Of a stretch of DNA of 64,000 nucleotides, positions 55,051-64,000 are shown piece by piece. The DNA is from the human T2T-CHM13v2.0 reference genome, Homo sapiens. The stretch is from the NCBI RefSeq assembly GCF_009914755.1, contig NC_060939.1; one strand, written 5' to 3'. The translations under genes were made by a program, and so were the position numbers. Position 1 is the first letter of the stretch; each line of letters starts with the position of its first letter. The notes below the pieces were generated by a model. That model had not been told where the DNA came from. It saw only the letters and a list, made by a program, of their open reading frames with translations, and did no database searches.

Positions 55051-55164
55051 GGAACTCTCCAGTCAACCTAGACTTAGCTAGTCAAGGTCCCATCTGTGGA
55101 GTTTCCAGGGGAACGTCATCTCTATTAGCCACTGAGTCCACGTAAATCATGTATCTGCATCTGC

Positions 55165-55638
55165 CTGGATTTGTTTTCACTGCTAGAACAGAGTCCCTAA
55201 GACTGTGTGGTTTATAAAGAGCAGAGATTTATTTACTCCTGGTTCTGGAGGAGGAGAAGTCCAAGATGGAGGTACCAGCAGATTCCATATCTGATGAGGG
55301 CTGTTCTTTGACTCCAAGATGGCACATTCCTGCTGAATCTTCCAGAAGGAAGAAACCCCTTGTCCTTACATGAAGACCAAGGCACCAGAAGGTTCCATAT
55401 CTGATGAGGGCTGTTCTTTGCCTCCAAGATGGCACCTTCTTGATGAATCTTCCAGAAGGAAGAAACACCTTGTCTTTACATGAAGACCAAGGCACCAGCA
55501 GATTCCATATCTGATGAGGGCTGTTCTTTGCCTCCAAGATGGTGCCTTCCTGATGAATATTCCAGAAGGAAGAAACACCTTGTCCTTACATGGTAAAGGT
55601 GGAAGACCAAGGGAAATGAATGTTACAGGAAGCCTGTC

Positions 55639-55706
<68 letters not shown>

Positions 55707-56100
55707 TTCTCTCTCTTTCTTTCTTTTTCTTTCTTTCTTTCTCTCTTTTTTTCGAGAAGGAGTCTTGCTCTATCGCCCAGGCTGGAGCACAGTGGTGTGA
55801 CCTCGGCTCACTGCAACCTCCACCTCCCAGGCTGAAACAATTCTTCTGCCTCAGCCTCCTGAGTAGCTAGGATTACAGGTGCCTGCCACCACACCCGGCT
55901 AATTTTTGTATTTTTAGCAGAGATGGGGTTTCACCATGTTGGCCAGGCTGATCTTGAACTCCTGACCTCATGATCCACCTGCCTCGGCCTTCCAAAATGC
56001 TGGGATTACAGGCATGAGCCACCATGTCTGGCCAGGAAGCCTCTTTCCTAAGGACCTTAAGCCCATTCATGAGAAAGATGCCACCATGGCCTGATCACCC
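55165..56100 (-). mobile_element. MST-type MaLR LTR with an internal 3 x 110-bp duplication, interrupted by an Alu with a (TTTC)n tail (55637-56033)
   Basis: 'ggttctggagg..gagaagtccaagat.gaggtaccagcagatt'; 'ctgatgaggg' at 55291, 55401, 55511. Confidence 0.82.
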
Positions 56101-56101
56101 C

Positions 56102-57122
<1,021 letters not shown>

Positions 57123-57362
57123 TCTTTGCTTTTCTTAAGTGACTCCATGGGGGACCCATGCAGCCAGCACCATCTCGGCTTTTTCTCCCTGGCAGGTGTC
57201 TGCGGGAAACCAGCATCCCAGTTAACTTCAGACGCGAACGTGTTGATTATATGCTCAGGGCCCCACATTAGGGAAGTTTGTGAGTCACAGCCCCACACTG
57301 GGTCTCCCAGGGATCAACAAGATCCACAAACCAGCATGGTTAGGACAAGTGGTTTTACAGTC

Positions 57363-58001
<639 letters not shown>

Positions 58002-58714
58002 CCTTACAGTCCTTTTTAACTCACTTCTAGAAGAAACCATCTCAGCCGCTTTTACACATCTGCAGCTGAGACAAGTGTGGGGCACAGGTTTCCCTGGTGA
58101 CCCAGGGAAGGGATCAAATTGCTGTGTCCACTTTGCAACACCAGCATCTACCAGGTACTGCGAGGCAGAAGCTCAAAACCATGCATGACTTTCCTTGGCT
58201 TTTTTTTTTTTAATAAACCTCTGTTCAAAAATAAACTTAACACGTTTTTCTGAGCAGCCTGAACCTGTTCCCAATTTCTTGTCCACACAATAAAAAATAT
58301 ACAAGTGCATTATTTTAAGGGTGACACTAGCTGAGCTTTCTGGGGGGAGAAAAACGGCCCCTGCCTGGAGCCAGAAGTGTGTTCGGAGCGTTTGATGGCG
58401 TTTGATGTTAAGGCAGGGGCCACCTGGGTCGGCCTGTCATCGAATGACGTTTTCACACCAGTCCCCAAAACAGGAGATCTGGAAAATCTGACATCCAAGG
58501 TTTTAGATCTTGGCTTAGAAAAATAGACATTCCAAGATGCCTGAAGTGTTTAAGTGGCTATTGCTAATTGGATAGTGTTGACTGTGGAAGTAATGGATCC
58601 CAAATTGAAATGGGAGATTAGATGATTAGACGTATTCTCCAGATGCTTACAAAAACAATTATGTGTGTGCGTGTGTGTGTGGAGAGAGAGAGAGAGAGAA
58701 AGGTATATAGACAG

Positions 58715-61812
<3,098 letters not shown>

Positions 61813-62299
61813 CAGAAACTCCCCAGTCTGCCTAAGATATTTTCTGTTATTTTATAAGACATAACCCTCATGAGTTCTTTTGTATCTGCTGCTGCTGTTA
61901 TTCTGAAAATAGTGTAAAGTTTTGGAGTTTCAGGTACAAGAGGACCCTGCAGATATCAGCCACCTGCTTTTCCCTCCCTTCCTGGGGAGGTTCGGTTCTG
62001 CCTAACACGCACTCTCTGGTACATCCCTGTGGGTCTCAGAGCCGCCCCCTCCTTGTCTGCAAGGAGGGAGGTGCGGTACCCACTCCGGGGACCCCCTTCA
62101 TCCTTGGGGCACTCAGCGTGTGAGTCAGCTTGGCCTTCTCCTTCACAGACAAGTGTCATTGTCACAAGAGAGCGTGGGCCATTCAGAGGACTCTCACCCT
62201 CATGAGGCTGGCATTGCGTGTCACCGCGTTGGAGTCAGAGGCAACCTCAAAACGCATGGGCCCTGCTTCCCTCTTCTCAGAAATGAGGAGAACCTCTGG

Positions 62300-63000
62300 T
62301 AGAGATGACTTTTGGGGGCTCGCGGGGTCGGTGCAGAGGGGGTGTCTGGGGCCGAGCTGGGACCCGGCTGTCAGGAGCCTCTTTACACTTCAGGTTGTCT
62401 GTGCCCAAGCAGATCCTGGGCTGTTGAATCATGGTAGGCAAACCACAGAACGATCTTTTGGGGTGTAACCTCAGGCTCTGTTCACTCACTGGCATCGTCA
62501 AATCACACCTACAAAGAGCTGGCAAACTATTCCCTAAGCACAGAAATCCTCATGCTTATTTGCGGCCATTCCGAGCCCTGCAGGTGGCTAGGGAGAGAGC
62601 CATAAGGTATTTCTTGTGGCGGGGGCGGGGGGCCCTCTCTGGCATTCCCAGGGCTGCCCCCAGGACCTGGAATCAAGCAGGAGAAAGAAGGACATAACTG
62701 AGAGAAGGCTTCCTCTCCGTGAGGCCGTGGAGTCCGGCCCCGGCGGAAAATAAACTTAATACGATTGAGAGCAACAGACAGGGCTTTTCTCTGTGATACA
62801 TTTAAGCAAATTGAATGCAATTACCTCAATTGAATTCAGAGCAAGGCCTGCCCTGACCTTCCCTGAAGCGTTCTGCCCACTTGGAGAGCAGCCTGGGGCA
62901 CACATGACATCATCTGGACAATTTGCACATATTTATATAATTTGTCATGATGCGGTCTGCACAGGCTAGAGGCTGCGAGGTTTGCCTCCAGCACCGCTGT
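62300..63000. promoter_or_regulatory. CpG-enriched, TE-free segment with a GC box
   Basis: Raised CpG; GGGGGCGGGG at ~62621; no Alu/L1 from ~61.8 kb to the window end. Confidence 0.3.
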
Positions 63001-63102
63001 GAAATCAGGCCTGTGAGAATCACTTGCTGGACATATCTCTTGTGTGTGCTATTTACTTCGAATTCAAGTGTACCTAGTCACTAGTGGGGGGAGTGGGGTG
63101 GA

Positions 63103-63134
63103 TGTGTGTGTGCGTGTGTGTGTGTGTGTGTGTG
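63103..63134 (+). repeat. (TG)n microsatellite
   Basis: Seen directly in the sequence. Confidence 0.95.
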
Positions 63135-64000
63135 GCGGGCAGAAGATGCAAATCCGTTGATACAAATCAACAAGCAATATTATGGTATAAGGGAGGGAAA
63201 TAAAGCCAGCAGGTGCTATAATACATGTCAAAAAAAATCTGTTTTATGCTTATGCCACTGTAAGACAACAGACAGCTGTGTAGAGGTGTGGCTTCAGCGA
63301 CTGCCGAGGAAGGGTTATTTGTGGGTACAGCCATGGGATGTCAGAGGTGTCTCTATTCTGACCTCAGGCACTGAGGTCCTGCCCACGAATGGCGTGGTAG
63401 CGTGGGGAATATTCGAAGGAAAACAGAGAGGTGTCTGGATGATCTGTTTTGTTTCAGGAAGCAAACCAGCATGATGCAGGCAGCCTGAACTGAGAAAAGG
63501 AGGTTTCCGGATTTCCAAAGACACACTGAGTTCGCTGACATGTATCAGGGAGAAAAGCTCATTCAGAGATCTCCGCTGTATTACAAATTTTAATTTCTCC
63601 TGGCGTGAGAGTTCACAGCAGCCTTATGGAGGGAAATTCCTCCAAGCCTGCGTGTCATAAACTGAACTACAGGGTTTAGGGTCCTCAGGCTGCCCAGGGA
63701 TGTTGGAGGTCCACAGGTCAACTGCAGGGAGATGGATTCCCCAAATGAGCAAGAGGGTTCTGATGCTCAGGAAATAGATTAGTAGCTCCAGGCAGGTGTG
63801 GCTTCATGACCGTAAGGAAATGGAAGCAAAGAGTTGTTGGGCATGTAGAACTTTCATTTCTTGCACATTTATTCAGAGACAGAGCATATGCATTTTTGGT
63901 AGAAAATTCAATATTGCTGTTGATCTCAAATTCAAGTGTAGCTGGGCACACATGCATACAGCTGTTAACCTTGAATTCAAGCGTACCTGGGCTGCTGTTT

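Overview
Primate (human/ape-like; AluY present) euchromatic DNA, very Alu-dense, with no credible protein-coding exon. Every long ORF in the track is explained by Alu, L1, MaLR or tandem-repeat sequence. The window reads as a mosaic of blocks whose edges often fall on truncated Alus. (1) 1-16.7 kb: AT-rich, Alu-saturated, intron-like DNA with an L1MA carrying a Y1-RNA pseudogene, and a MER1B. (2) 16.7-21.1 kb: a GC-rich cassette made of a ~47-bp satellite, ACRO1-like units, a ~590-bp imperfect palindrome with six mirror-symmetric CCAAT boxes and a TATA-like box, and a purine-rich G-skewed repeat. (3) 21.1-25.3 kb: an old L1 interrupted by a polyadenylated MST retrocopy. (4) 25.35-25.84 kb: an ANKRD18/ANKRD20A-like CpG-rich promoter/5'UTR fragment cut off by an Alu. 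(5) 26-34 kb: GC-rich unique DNA with candidate minus-strand noncoding exons. (6) 34-64 kb: minisatellite/GATA-rich DNA resembling distal Xp/PAR (inference only), with many local templated-insertion and unequal-crossover scars. The best candidate for an undescribed system is the palindromic CCAAT promoter cassette centred at 19517.5. Repeat subfamily names come from recalled consensus sequences, and boundaries are approximate.
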